From the human T2T-CHM13v2.0 reference genome, Homo sapiens, in assembly GCF_009914755.1 (NCBI RefSeq), contig NC_060930.1: a DNA stretch of 64,000 bases; one strand, written 5' to 3'. Each line of letters opens with the position of its first letter. Position 1 is the first letter of the stretch. Made by a program: the position numbers and the translations under genes. The notes beneath the pieces were generated by a model. It was not told where the DNA came from, ran no database searches, and saw nothing but the letters and a program-made list of their open reading frames with translations. Shown in pieces: positions 1 through 14,102 of this stretch.

Positions 1-1714
1 CCTGTTTTCCTCCTCTTTCCTCTCTCATCTCTCTCCTTCCTTTATTTGAAAGATAACTACCTCAAAGCCACAGTGAGGGATAATTATTGAATTATGTCAG
101 TAAAATACTAGATAAAGAATACAACACTTGCTTAAGTCCATTTTATCTTTGCTAAATTACCTTTTATTTTTAATCCCCAAAAGGACAGACATGCTTTGAA
201 AATACAGTGTGTGATATACATTCTAATGAGGTCTGTACAATTGTTCCTTACTATAACCAAGATATTCAGCTTCAAAGATATTAAAATAATTGAAAGTCTT
301 TTAATAAAGCCAAGAAAGTAAGTATGCTCTTATCTTCCACTCCATGTGGAAGTTAAATATTACTTTTCTCAGAATAGGAGACGAGGGTGCAACAGCTTAC
401 CTTTGCAAGAGTGTTAACATTTTCTGGGCTGATGTGATGTATTTTAGTCAAGTGCATAGCCTAGTCTTTGTATTAAATTCCATACTCTTGGATATCTAGG
501 AAAGGAGCACCTCAATGCCTTTGGAAGGTAAATTAAATTTTGTTTTTAAATTTGTAAGGTACCTGAATGAAAAATTAACTCAAAAGCAAAGTGTATGTGT
601 TTCACCTGATAATTTAACTTATTACAAAAGATTAACCAAAAATCATTATATACTTAGAAAATAATTCTTTGTTTTTAATTTCTTGAAAGGAAAAAAAAAG
701 CATTGCCTTTCTGGTTGTCTTGTTTAAGGCTAATATTAAAGTTAGCTTGCATTCCACTTACAAATACTTGCCTGATGTAGGAGAGTAGTGACCCAATCAA
801 GCTAAATATGTTGTAAGCAAGGAAATAAGTCAGCAGCACATTAAACTATGTTAAATATGTTTGGACTAGCTTTAATAAGGAAGGTAAAATTTCGTGCCAT
901 TTCATTTTTTGAATGAGATCAATTCATGGATGACTTCTTTACGTGTGTTTTTAGTTTTATACTTTTGTGAGATTTTTAAATTAATAATGTTTGCAAGTTA
1001 AAAACATTTATTTATCATATATCCCCATTTTTGTTTTGAAAATATGGTAACCTTAATAAGTCCAGTGGTAGTAAGTTACAATGAGCAAAGAAAATATGAC
1101 CGGATAACCTCAAAAGGTTTTGACAATTGATTTACTTAGATTTTTATGCAATAGAGAAAAATATTAAGCTAGATAGTCTCCTTATAATGAAAGCAGTCAT
1201 CACTTGTGAGTCTGGTAGTCAAAATTAGGCCAATTTAAATCAAGACAATGCTCATTCTAGCCCTGGAGAGCTTAACTGCCACCACTACATAAGCATGAAT
1301 GCAGCTTCTTGCTATCACATATAAATATCCCTCCTAATTGTATCCCTTCTGATATCGCCTACCTCCTATTTCATGAGGTTTGGAGACAAAACTTCCAATG
1401 GAAATTGCACTCTTCTTTTAGGTTGGTTTTAATTTTCTTCTGAATGTTCCCAAATAGGGCCTAGTCTCAGCAGCTCGGTTTCTCATAATTTAGCAATCAA
1501 TATTTTTTCTTCACAAATAACTACCTTTTTTAAAAAAGGTCAAAACTTTAGCATAGAGAATGCTCCCAAAACTGTTCTTACAAGGTGTTAAGAAATAGAC
1601 TGAAATCTCTTTCAAGGTCTTCAGAGGAAAGACCCATAGTTCATGCTAGGGGTCATATGACCTGGTTACCATAGCAATGATGGCAAAACCACCTTGGCAT
1701 CACAGGCAATATGG

Positions 1715-1945
1715 CTTGCAGTAGTGGTTTGGCTTTAACATTCAGAGAACTTGAGTTTGAATGCTGACTTGAGCACTTACGACTGCTGTGACCTTGCAAA
1801 ATTACTTAGAGTCTCTAAGTGTCTTTCTTCAGCTATAAAATGGGACTGTCTAGCTCATAAGCTTTATTATAAGAATTATGTTTGATGATATTTGATGAGA
1901 GATAGCACCCTGTCTGTTATTTTGTAGGGCTCCATCAACAGTTAT
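1715..1945 (+). mobile_element. MIR SINE
   Basis: MIR core ttgagtttgaatgctgac...actgctgtgaccttgcaaaattactta...tctttcttcagctataaaatggga. Confidence 0.75.
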
Positions 1946-3749
1946 TACCTCATTACAAAATTATGATAGAATGATTCACTGAACTTAAATAAAATAAATA
2001 AAAACAAATCATGGCTCTTGACACAAGCAATATTCTATCAACCCTCAGCTTACATTACAAATACAGAAAGTGTCCAGGACTCTCTAAGTAGGGTGTATTT
2101 AGCTAAAATGAACGAAAGATTCCAACTGTGTCTGTTCCAGTCCAGGAGGTTCCACTCTCAACACGACCTAGAACTTGCTCTTAGGTCAACACATGTTTGA
2201 AAGGCAGACTCTGCCTGGTAATTTTAGGAGAAACCTAAAAAAGTTGGTTCAATTTTCCTTCTAATATACTTCAAATGACCACCTAGACATAGGCTTTCTC
2301 TACTCTGGAAAACAATTCATTGTGAAGGTAAATTTGCTGGGACAACTGAGCTCACAGAATTTACCCTCCTTCACTGTAGGCATTCTATGATCCCTTGGGA
2401 CTTAGAGTCAGGCCTCGTGTCAGCACTGCCATCTGCTTTTGTTTCAGGCACAAAACAGATGGGGCTTCTGGATGGGACAAGCTCCATAGTGGAAAGAGTG
2501 CCTGAAGCTTTGTGGCGTTCTCTGCAGGCAAGATTGCAAGATGGAAGTAAGAACCAAACCTCCTGATTCCACAGTACAGAAGTTTCTCCACTGAAGGATC
2601 CTTCTATAATTAAAAGCATCTGGTGCAGGCATGAAGGAGCTTCTCAAAGCTGCTTTATTTTATCACCTATCTTTAAATTTCATACATAAAATGGTAGTAT
2701 GCAAAAGCCAGATGACATGATTCTACATCACACGGTTTCATTTTGTTTTTGCTGCCCCATTATTTGAACACTCTACTGGATTGCTAGAGAAACATAATCT
2801 CATCAAAATAATTTGCAGCAAACTTTAATTTTAATATATCTGTTTCAATGCAATATTTCATTCTTGCTATAGATATTAAACATTCTTTATAATACACTGT
2901 AACATGTCACAGACATCACTGATGTTTGCTCAAGAATGGCAAGAACACTGTGTCTGGTACAGTATTAAGATAAACTCAATGTATTTCATCTTCCCCGTGG
3001 ATGGTAGATATCTTAATTGAAATGACCTGATAATGTTAAAGTGACAAGAAAAAATACACAGTGGGAAATGCAAATACAATAAAAGGTACACAGAGACGTT
3101 GCTCCCAATTTAACACACTTGAGAAAAAACTAATTTTTGACAGCACCTGTTATAAACAAAGCTACAGGCACAAAAATATAAAAATTTGGTCCATTGTTCT
3201 TAAAAACATTGCCTGTCATTCTCCCTTATTGCAACAAAGATTAATTTCCTATAATTTTGCAAGTAGTCAGAGAATTCAAGGTGACTATGTCACCCCATAT
3301 GAATAAGGGCAAAGATTCTCTTCTTTAGAGAGATTATATAAAGAAAACAATCTAACATTCTTCACTTACATGGAAGTACTTTGTGGAGGAACAATTAACT
3401 TGCTAAGTGGGTGTCTGCTTTGACTGAAAGATCAGGGCTATTTGAAGCAATAGCCCTGTAATTTGTTACATAAGCAGGTATTTAGGATAAGTCTTTTCAA
3501 ATGCATATTGCTGTGTCAATGCATTGTTAAAAATACCAATAATAACATACACACCCCCAAAATAACACTTTCTCAGAACTGGAGCTGGCAGTTGCCTGGA
3601 CCTCATTGGAGCTGTTTGCAAGAAAATACTGAGAGAGGTTCTGAAGGAATGGAATGGCACTCAGGGACAGGGCTACTCAATTGGAAAAATAAAGAGATCT
3701 CCCTAGTTTTAAAGGGCAATGACTCCTACCACTCTCTCCAACAGCAATT

Positions 3750-6700
3750 TGAACATGACCTCACAGCTATTGCTCATCCAGAACAGACAATAAGTATGAA
3801 CCTGAGGGAGACATTAGAAAGGTCTTCTGTATCACCCTAAGGAATTTGGCATAGTGACCATTGAAAATCTTTAAAACTATCTGATGAGATATGTGTGTTA
3901 GAAGTTCTTTCTGGTAGCAAGCTTCTTTTGAAAGAAACCTCCTGGGCTGGAAAGTGTTCATGGCTTCTTGTTCTGAGTGGGAATTAGTCCCTGACTCCCT
4001 GGGCTAGAAGTCTTTCTTCCTGGCTGGCTGTGAGGTTTCTTTGTTCACTATATTTGATACTGGCTTCCTCATGGGAACTTCTTAGTCAACTGAAGCCTTT
4101 CATCTCAAACCCTTACTAACGATATGTTTTGCCAGCTTTGTCCATCTCCTTTTTGTTAACATGATTTTGCAGCGGACAATTTGGAATTTCAGTGGTCTCT
4201 TTGGGGAACTTAGGATCTCTTGAGAGTCATTCTTCTATGTCCTTTCCCTTCCCATCAACTTCTCTCCTCACCCTTCCTCTTACCACCTTCTTCTATATGT
4301 CCCCTTCAAACCCATCTCTGCCTCTATTCCTTTGCCAATTCCTGCCAGACCTTTCCCTTCACACTTTGGTTCCTTAGCTCCCTACATTCACTGGGGCTTT
4401 AGGTCCCCTATGCTCCACTGGAAGCTCTCAAGGGATTCAGGGTCTCTCAAAAACAACCACTTGAGACTGAAAGAGAAAACCATCTAATTGGAAATAGATT
4501 GGATCTTTCATCCACTCAGATGGGCTTTGGAGACACCTAGACAGCTGCTAGATGTACCCTCAGCCTAAAAGATAGTCCATAGCCTCCACAAGATTACATA
4601 TTGGGGCAGACGAAAATATTAAAAATCTTCTTGATGATTATTGGTAAAAAGTTTTTGCTCTTATTGAGTACATAACCTCAATTTGTCCCATTTTTTTTTT
4701 TTTGGTAAGAAATACAATTCAGATAAAAAAGTAAAGTGGAGAAAAGATGAGAGCCAACTATTTTATATGAACCGGTAAGTTATATATTACTGTGTTCTAC
4801 TGAGTCATGGCTAAAATTTTTGAATGAAAGCGATAAGATTTTTGTTTACATCTGTCTATATGTTTATGTATGTTTATACATGTGTATGTATATATGATAT
4901 GTATATGTAATATTTTTCTTCTACATCCAGATAACACTACCAAATTAATTAATGGAATCCCTTTAAAAAGTTCTATTCAAATTGGCTAAGAGATAAATAA
5001 GTGCTTATTATAAATAAAATCTTCCTTAAACTCCCAGGAACATAAAAACTAACCCAAATGTTTTTTTCCAGTTCATGTGACTTTGGTAAAACATTGATAA
5101 ATAAGATTAACTTAGTATTATTGGTTTAATGAAAACACTACATCTTTTAAATTGTCAGTATTACTATAACATAAACAAATTTTAATTCTGTTTGGGTTTA
5201 CTAGGCAAATAAGGTTAAAAATAGGTAACAGGAAAATAGCTTGAGATGATGGGTAGCTTTGTGTAAAGTTATAATATGTCTACCTTAAAATTGTTTCCAA
5301 AATCTCTTGTTAACTTGCAACTTTAGAGTTATGCTAAGTAACAGATATTTATTATAAATCTAGATCATTTCTAACATAAACTACTGGAACATTCATTAAT
5401 GAATATAAATTAAAGTTCATAAACTTTTGGCATCTTGTTTTCATATTGCATAGATAAGATAAATATATTTGGGTCTGTTGGTAAACATGAAGAATTGTAC
5501 TATGAAGAAGTGTATGACTATGAGAAACCTGCAATGTTATATTAATAACATTTGTTAGTTTGCTATAGACTCCTAGTATGGGAAAGACAATTCACAACTG
5601 TCTACTTCCTAATTTTCTCTCAACATATGTAATCAAAACTACCAGAAATAATAAGGGTGAAGGAAAGTAACGTATATAAAAAGCAGGCAAGGAAACCAGG
5701 ATGTGGTTTTTTTGTTCTGGTTTTTTGTTTTGTTTTGAGACAGTCTCACTCTATTGCTCAGGCTGGGGTATAGTGGTGCGATCTCTGCTCACTATAACCC
5801 TGGCCTCCTAGGTTCAAGTGATTCTCGTGCCTCAGCCTCCCCAGTAGCTGAGATTACAGATGCACACTACTATGCCTGGCTAATTTTTGTATTTTTTTGT
5901 AAAGACAGGGTTTCGCATTGTTGGCCAGCCTGGTCTCGAACACCTAGCCTCAAGTGATCTGCCCACCTCGGCCTCCCAAAGTGCTAAGATTACAGGCATG
6001 AGTCACCACAATTGGCCTAGGATGTTTCTCTTTTGTTTTTTTTGATGAGAAAATATATGAGGTATGAAAGGTTTGATTTGGCTAAGGTTAAAAGTGAGTA
6101 ATTTTGCTTTAAAGTAGAATGACTGGTTGTTCAAGAATAATAAAGAGGAAAAATACAGGACAAAAATTGAGTGGATATAAAAAAGTCATAGAAGGTCTGT
6201 GGAAAAGAAATCTTGAAAAAGGAATTTTATGTGTGATGAAGCTAGCTAAAATTTAAATGGATTCATTTATGTTTAAAGAAAGAAAAAAATTTTAAAGACA
6301 ATATCAAAAGTGCACTGGTGCAAAACTACAATTTGTTTTTTTCTCTAAGTAACCGAGTATTTTTGGATTTTTTTGGTCTGTTCTTAATAAGAAATTAAAG
6401 GGCTTTCTTTACCCTTTAAATAATCTTCCTATAAATCAAAGATTTTGTGTCTTAGCAAAATAATTTCCCTTGCTTTGTGTCAACCTTTATCATGTTCTTG
6501 ATTATTTAAGATAACCCAAATATTGTTCATAGTAATCTGACAACTTACCTAATCAAATATTTAAGGCTTTTGACATTTTTGATAAACTTTCCAAAAATTA
6601 AATTCTAAATGAAGTTCTTTTTTACCTCAAACTAACTTTGAGATTTCTCAGGTGGCCCCCAGAAAATCTCAAAGGATTTGCTCTTTCACTCTGTAAAATG

Positions 6701-8809
6701 AGATATTAAAAATAATTCAGTTATTTGTTATAATAAATTATATGGGAAGCACTGTCAAATAAGAATAATGTTAAATCTTCTTTATATGATGTTTGTATGA
6801 CTACATGTTATTAATATGTGTTCCAGAAGTTCTAAGAAATTCCTACAAACTTGATATGTGCTGGTATAATACTATCAATCATAATTCCGGTTACTGTTTT
6901 AAACATTACATGCCACAGAAATAACCAAATTTCCTTATCGGAAAATTCTCATCAGATTCTTAACCTGAACAATTTTAAATCTGTTGTCACTACAGATAGT
7001 TTTTTACTTTGATTTTTCTCTGAAAGCATTTGTAATCAATTCTAAGCCAAATGCTTCATCTTCAAAGAGATTTATAAAAAACTCTGACATATACAGTACT
7101 ATGAAAGACAAATCTCTGATAACTTTGAGACCATGCTACTGAAGTGAGAAAAAATTTCCACAACTAATGAAAAAACTGATGGATTGATAAAATTGTTAGC
7201 CCAATATCAAGCAGAACAAAAATTAATCATATGAAACTGAAAGAACTGATGAGGACAATTTTAATTCCTATGGCTTTTCTGCTTGAAATTTTGCTATTTT
7301 TAAATGTTAAATTTTCTAGACTTAAATAATCCCTTCCTTTTCTTTTAAGTTTCTATAATTTGTAGCCATTTAGTAAAATATGCCTTTGAGAAAAAAGGTG
7401 AAACGATTGCTTTTTCTCCCTATCTGATCTTTCCAGAATTCAGAAACGCTTATTGAGTGTTCTTATTTTTCATGGCAATACAGTTATTTGCATAAGTTCA
7501 AACAGAATCTGTTCTTCTGGACATAAGTAGAAACAATGGTTACATTACCAAGGTTTTGACTAGAGTATTATACTTGAAAATGATGCATAAAATCAGATAT
7601 GACCACAGAGTTTTAAGAAACTAAGGTTGACTTTATGAAGCTAAAGCTTACAATGTCCCTTGAAAAGCCAAGGTAGTTGACTTACAGGGTTCCAGCATTA
7701 CAAGTGAGTAAGGAATGTCACTTTCTGGTAGGCCCAGGAAAGTCAGAACATCTTAGAGACCTCAAGAAGAGAAGTTACCCAAATCTATAGGTACTACAGG
7801 TGAAGTCTGGCTTGGCTTCCTATCCTTGAGAGGATTTTAAAGTCTGATCTGAGATCCCTTATGAATATTACCCACCAAACTAAAAATAAAATAAATGAAA
7901 TAAATAAATAAGAAAAAAAGGTCTATGTAGTCAATGACCACTTATTTTGCATTTATGTAAATAATCAGGCCATGTTTAATGAGACAAGACATATTTTGCA
8001 ACTATATTAGTCTTGCTGTAATTTATTGTATTTGATAGAAACAAGGGTGACTGTAGAGAGAAAAATTATGTTTCCATGGAAAATTATGGCACACTTTTGA
8101 GGGTATTAAATTTTAGTCCTGTTTGCTATCTTTAAGCTTTTGTTATTTACCTGTAAACAGGACTAGATTCTGAATTCTACTTTTCTTGAATATCTGGCTA
8201 CAACTCTTGAAACTAACATTCTAATTTTTATCCTACCTTCCTGACTTAGCACCACTAAAAATGAAAACAGCTCTCTTCCAGGATTTTGCAAGCTGAAGCT
8301 GGATTACTTGATATAAACTCCAAGTCAATCACCATCACAAATCATGTGTAGGCAACTTTCATGTCTGCTGCTGTGTAGGCCACTCAGAACATTCACCAGA
8401 ATACCCAGTAATATCACTGAACAATTCAAACTGCAAGTCAGAAAATTTCTCAGGTTGTCACTGCCATCCTCACTCCATCATCCTCCACCATCTAATAAAA
8501 TAAGTTTTTCTTTAACAAGAAATAAACTGCAGTGATACCAACCAAACATCTAGAAATCTTCTCTACTGACTGCCCTCTGAACTCAGAAACTGGGTTTCTA
8601 ACTATTAATCTTTGTTTTTCTTTATTTTCATAGAAATATCCCTAATTAAATGGCTGACTGCTTGTACCATCCAGCAAATATTCTCTATTACGAAGTCCCA
8701 AAAGGTGACTCAGAAAGTCTTTAATGGATAAGACTATCTGATGAGAACAATGGACTTATGTTGTTCCAAGGAAAGGAGAATGTCTCTTTTCCTGAACAAA
8801 AGGCGAAAC
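3750..8809 (+). mobile_element. Degenerate ERV1 (MER4-group, MER31/MER67-like) internal sequence, non-coding
   Basis: Long AT-rich stretch with MER4-group internal-like motifs, ending in a polypurine-tract-like aaaaggcgaaac directly before an LTR at 8810. No intact gag/pol/env ORF. 5' boundary uncertain. Confidence 0.6.
5707..6017 (-). mobile_element. Alu (older J/S type) inserted in the ERV internal region
   Basis: ttttgagacagtctcactct...cctcccaaagtgctaagattacaggcatgag...ggcc, with aggatgt repeated on both flanks (TSD-like). Confidence 0.95.
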
Positions 8810-9288
8810 TGACAAAGATTCTTTGCTCAGGGAAACTTAAGTCAGGCTCCTGAACCTTCTCCTAGGCTAATCTGTGCACTTTCTTGTAAAATTCAATTTT
8901 AGCAAGACCCTTACCCCTACCCCTCCATTTCCCACCCCTTGATATCTAGTCTAATTCTAATCACATCTGGTTTCTCCTCTGCCACCATTCACCAGGTAAT
9001 GTTTAAACATCCTAGTTTGCCTTCAGCAAGAATCCTATCATATCAGTTTAGCCAGAAGCCCCCTTATCCCTATGTTGCCTGTTAGTAATTTTTCATCCAG
9101 TGACCCACACCCTGCTCCTTGACTGTAAATTACCTTCTGCCCATGTTGTACTCAGCGTTGGGCCCAATCTCTCTCCCCTGCTGCAAGACCCCACTGCAGT
9201 GGTCCCTGCACCTATCACAATAGTGTCCCTCTGAGTAAAGAATAATTACTTTCTTTAACAAGTGTTAAGAATAATTTTTTCATTAACA
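8810..9288 (+). mobile_element. ERV1 LTR (MER31/MER67 family), 3' LTR of the preceding internal region
   Basis: Starts TGACAAAGATT and ends TTAACA. Contains gccttcagcaagaatcct..tcagtttagccaga motifs shared with the LTR at 13310. Confidence 0.8.
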
Positions 9289-10167
9289 GGATAAAAATGG
9301 CATAGGTTATCAGCTTACAGACTGTGGCTAAAGCCATACCTGTCCAGAGAGAGTGAAGAATGTGAGAATAGAAGCCGTGGGGGGAATACATGGGAATAGG
9401 GAAAACACATTCGGGAAAATTCAGGGAGGCAAACAGTACTGCAAAATAGTAACACCTCTTGTATAGTCTCCATTGATGAAGCATTTCCCCAAAAATACAT
9501 TAAGCAAGGGATGGGAAAATATATTAAGCAGAGGAGAAATTCTAAGGGATGACAACCCATTTGCTGACATTTGTTTAAGTATCTCAGAATGATTTTTTTA
9601 TAAGACATGGGCTTAAAATGCACTCATATTTTCCAATTCATTGAAATAAAAGTGATTCAGATCCTAAGAATAGTTTTCAGTCGGAATATGTTTTCGATGC
9701 CTAAAACACTGAATTCCCTCCAGTCAAGTTGAAGTTGCATCCTGTTCAACATTTGAGATGAAGGATTTGCCTTTTAATGGTAAATTTGCATTTTAATATA
9801 ATGATGTACCCTCTGTCCTTGACATGGCTATTCTCCACAAAACCAGGCATTTTTTTTTTGGATAATGTGCTCATTATAAAGCAATGACACATTGTAGAAA
9901 ATTTATCTCAGATATTAAAAACTAGTTAAAAGAAAGTGTGTATGAAAAAAAAACATTCTTCTCTGCTGTGTGCAATATGAAGAAAATCCTTAGAGATGAC
10001 CTCACAAATTTCCTGTTTCGTAGCCAGACATCTGTAAAGATGGAAATAGTCATAAAAAGAGTGGTGTTAGATTAGGTCATTGAATATGCTAAGAATTATT
10101 TGTAAAGAGTAGCTTGATTATTCAAGGCCACATGAGTCAGCAGTATACTGTAAGGAGAAAAATAGCT

Positions 10168-10215
10168 CGCTCTCTCTCTCCCTCTCTCTGTGTATGCGTG
10201 TGTGTGTGTGCGTGT
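10168..10215. repeat. (CT)n-(TG/CG)n compound microsatellite
   Basis: ctctctctctccctctctctgtgtatgcgtgtgtgtgtgtgcgtg... Confidence 0.9.
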
Positions 10216-13120
10216 GTATGTGTGTGCGTGTGTGTTTATGTAGTGGGAAGGGACATTTCCAAAATTCTAACTTAATATGACACAGCAACACTTTAAATAG
10301 ACAGAAGCGAAATTAAGTAATCAAGAATTATAAAAATGAGCTCTTATTTACAAAGCAATAACATATTGTATTAAGAATATTTTGACAATACATTTTCTGG
10401 TTATAATAAAATGGACATGTTTTTAAGTTGTTCAATAAGTCCATTAAAGCTACAGTATTTCTGAGGAAACTTCAGAATTTTCTGTCAATTTATTTGCAAG
10501 GAAACTTTTTATCTGTGGCATACCAAGTTAGAATTGACATAATAATTTTTAAGAACATTAAACTGAAATAAATCTCTTTCCTCTAATGTCTTGTGGTAGT
10601 TTCTGAATCACTCCAATGACATTTGTCATTATTAAACGGCATTTTCATTATTTTTATTTCTCTACCTTTTTACTGGAAACTCCTTGAAGGCGGAATCGGT
10701 GTTTGATTTTGTTTTCTTTTGTTTTGCAATTGTCTACACTAAAGTAGCTCTCAAAATTTACTTATTGAACAAAGAGTTGTAAGCATCTTATCAGCTAAAA
10801 ATATTTTTTTTAGAATTGTGTGTCTTTTCTGAACAGAAAAGGACAGGGTTATGATTATAAAAAGAAACCAATTGGTCTAATTTATACATGAAATTCAAAA
10901 ATTTGAAATCAACTTATAGCCACTACAGTAAATCATCTCTCAAAGGTTACTCTGCTCAACCTCCTTCCAGTATCATGGGAAATCCCATTATCCTGAACTG
11001 TGTGGAGCCGGAATATTATAATTAAAGAATTTTTCACATTTATTTCTGTAGAGATTGCAAGAAGCTGAGAGTGAGAAGCCCTCTGGACCTCTGAAAAAAA
11101 TGTGACAGTCTGTACTTTTTTCATCCTTTCTGGTAATCTTTGGAGCCTGATGTGCTCTTTCATCCCTAACTGTTAAGACCAACCATGTGAGCATCTGCCT
11201 CCATCCAAGTTCAGCAACAGGAGTGTCACTGTGGCTGCACCTCTCCATCTAGTGAGACCGGCCTTCCCCTTTTTTCCTTCAATGGACTTAGTGTGGAGTT
11301 TGTGGTGCTCACATTGCAAAAAACGCCCCAGGCCATATGTATGGCCTTTTTCACAGTGAATCTAGGCATTAAGAAATATTATACTTACTGAAAACTCTAC
11401 ATCCAGATGCATGGAGACTTGTAATACCAGTCATGACAATAGAAAAGAGCAAAACATGAAATTCACAGGCAGGTGGATGAAATTCAGGTAATTAATATTT
11501 TTTCTTCATGTCAAAAGGGTAGTTGGACCAACACTGAGTGTTTTTACATAGTTTCTGCCTTCTCTCAAACATCTTTTCCATTGATTTCAAGAGCCTGTGT
11601 TGGTCTCTTACTTGGGCCTGAAATTTTTACTACGAGATGCTATGATAATGTGTTAGACAATAGGGTTGGGAGCACCATTTTATGGAAAATTATTCTTAAG
11701 AATATTAATTCAGGAGGGAATTAATGAATAATTAAATTGGATGCTGTTTGCTTCTCATGAGCAGGGCAGTCCAGAGCAACAATCTGTTACCTTGGAAAGC
11801 ACCTTCAGCAAGTCCCTGAAGTAACCATCCATAAAATAAACAGGTTTTGAAAAGTCAAACATAAGGATCCCTTAAAGAATTATGGCCCTAGTGGATACTA
11901 TATTTTGTAGAAAATCCTGGGCCCCTGGATATTAGGGAAAAACAGGAAGTTTGGGTATACTGTAAGCTTTTGACTAAAATTACCTGTACAGTGTCTGTTG
12001 TGTGACAAATATAATAGTCATGTTTATTTTACAAGAAATGCAGGTACACATGACCTAAAATGACAGGTTTAGGTCTCAGTGATGGCCCATTTGGATAAGG
12101 AGAGATGTCTAAGGACAGTTATTACTGGGTGACTACATGTGGTTGTTCAGGTCGAACCTGATAAATGGGGCATTTGGGTGTGGGCCTTGACATGAGGAAT
12201 TAGAAGTAGGGGCTAGATGTAAAGGTTGGCAGTTGACCGTTACTTCATTCTCTTAATTTCCTTGGAAAAAAATGAAGATTACCCAGGGACCATTTGGTTA
12301 ATATCTTATAGAACAAGGCTGAGGGTGGAAAAACAATAAAATGGATCTTGGAGATAGTATTGTTGACATTTAAGTGAGAGTTAAATTCACCCAGAGTAAT
12401 ACTCAGGTTTTAATTTGTTTCACTGCTATTTCTTTTACTCCTGAGCCATGGCATACTACAGAATTTTCCAGATCTGCCAGCACTTCCATCGGATCTAATT
12501 ACCACAAGCACCATATTTTATCAGAATAAACTCTCTTTGCAGCCAATGAAAATTTTGCTTTTCACTCCTTAATCTCCTCACTTCCTAAAAAATGATTAAG
12601 AGATAAAATGTCTTAAAGAAGTGACTAATAATAACATGCTGGATACAGGTATCTGAGCATAAGCTACCTCGTCAGGGACAGGGTGGTATCTTCCTTTCCA
12701 GAATCATTTGCTGCTACACACATTCTGCGTTCACTTCACCCTTCTGAAGAAGGGGCGGGGACATATTTCTCATAAGAGTTGAACCATTTCATCCTGATGC
12801 TCTATTATTCTTGTATACCAAAATGTATATCAAATGCAAAATGCTTTTTCTTTACTTTTGCGCTGAAATTATATTTTCCCCTTTTATTATTTGTGTAGTA
12901 GATGAATAAGGCTCTCTTTATTTTGCAGAGAAATACATTGAAATATTATGATTTTTCCTAGTCATATAATATACCATTGAAACACGTACTTGGAAGATGA
13001 TAATACATCTAACAGCTCAGACTCTATTATTATAAATAATAACAAATTACAAAGATGAGTTGGGTCACTCTGAATTGGGAAAATCAATCTTCCAGAAGAT
13101 TCTGGTATTTCACTCTGTTG

Positions 13121-13841
13121 CAGTGGTTTTCAAAGTGTTTTCCCTGGACCAACAGCCTCAACTCACCTGAGAACTTGGTAGAACTGCCAGTTCTCTGAAT
13201 TATGATTCAGAAATTATGAATCAGAAATTATATTAAAAAATTATGAATCAGAAAAAGGGGATAGGGCCTACCAATAGCTGTTTTAATAAACTTGCAGTTG
13301 AGTCTGTTCTGACAAAGATTCTCTCCTTGAAGAAACTCTACTCAAGCTCTTCTGAGATCTTTTTTAACCAAGCCTTGGCTTTTGGATTTCCATGTTCATG
13401 TTTGCATTGTCCAATTTTAGCAAGAATCCTCCTAGGTCAGTTTAGACAGAATCCTTTATTCTCAGTATCTGATCACTTTCAATATCTGATCAGGTTCCTC
13501 ATTCTGCATTATACCCCAGCTGATATCTACTAACCCTGGCCTGCCTTCAGCAGGAATCCTGTCAGCTCAGTTTAGCCAGAATCTCCCTTGCCACTGATGT
13601 TTCCTCTTAGTAATTTTCTAATCATAAACACCCGTCCTGCTCCTTGGCTATAAATTCGCACTTTCGTTGGTTGTATTCAGAGTTGAGCCTTATCTCTCTC
13701 CCCCACTGAAAAATCCCATTGCAGTGCTCCCTGTACTTACTAAGATCACCCCCTGAATAAACCCTGCCTTACATTCTTTAATGGTGTCATTGAATAACAT
13801 TTTTTTTTTAACAGATACACCCTCGAGCTTGAGAATCACTG
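13121..13841. mobile_element. MER5A-type hAT MITE split by a solo LTR
   Basis: TIR-like ends cagtggttttcaaa (13121) and ttgagaatcactg (13841). The MER5 sequence stops at 13309 and resumes at 13814. Confidence 0.75.
13310..13813 (+). mobile_element. Solo ERV1 LTR (MER31/MER67 family)
   Basis: TGACAAAGATTCTCTCCTTG...TTTAACA, with TATA-like tataaa (~13649) and aataaa (~13756). Similar to the 8810 LTR. Confidence 0.8.
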
Positions 13842-14102
13842 TCCTAGAGCTTCCTCCAGTGCTTGCAATGTCATCTCAGTGGTATTAGGTCAAATTTCAC
13901 ACCAGGAAAATGGCAAAAAGTTTAATTTTTTTTCACTTCCGAGAAATTAAGTATGTGTGTATAAGCAGAGAGATACTTAAGCGAAGAGTTTCAAGAGAAA
14001 TACAATTTGCAAAGACAAAGAGTTGATGTTACCAAGCCAGACTAAGGTCATGCATAGCCAGGACAAAAGGTCAAAGTGCTCAGGTGAGGGAGCAGAAAAT
14101 TA

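Noticed and set aside
13197-13255. Short repeated units (aattatgaatcaga; also 58884-58918 and 61094-61153) as a CRISPR-like or functional array
   Set aside because: Only 2-4 degenerate adjacent units with no unique spacers. These are ordinary slippage duplications in a eukaryotic intron.
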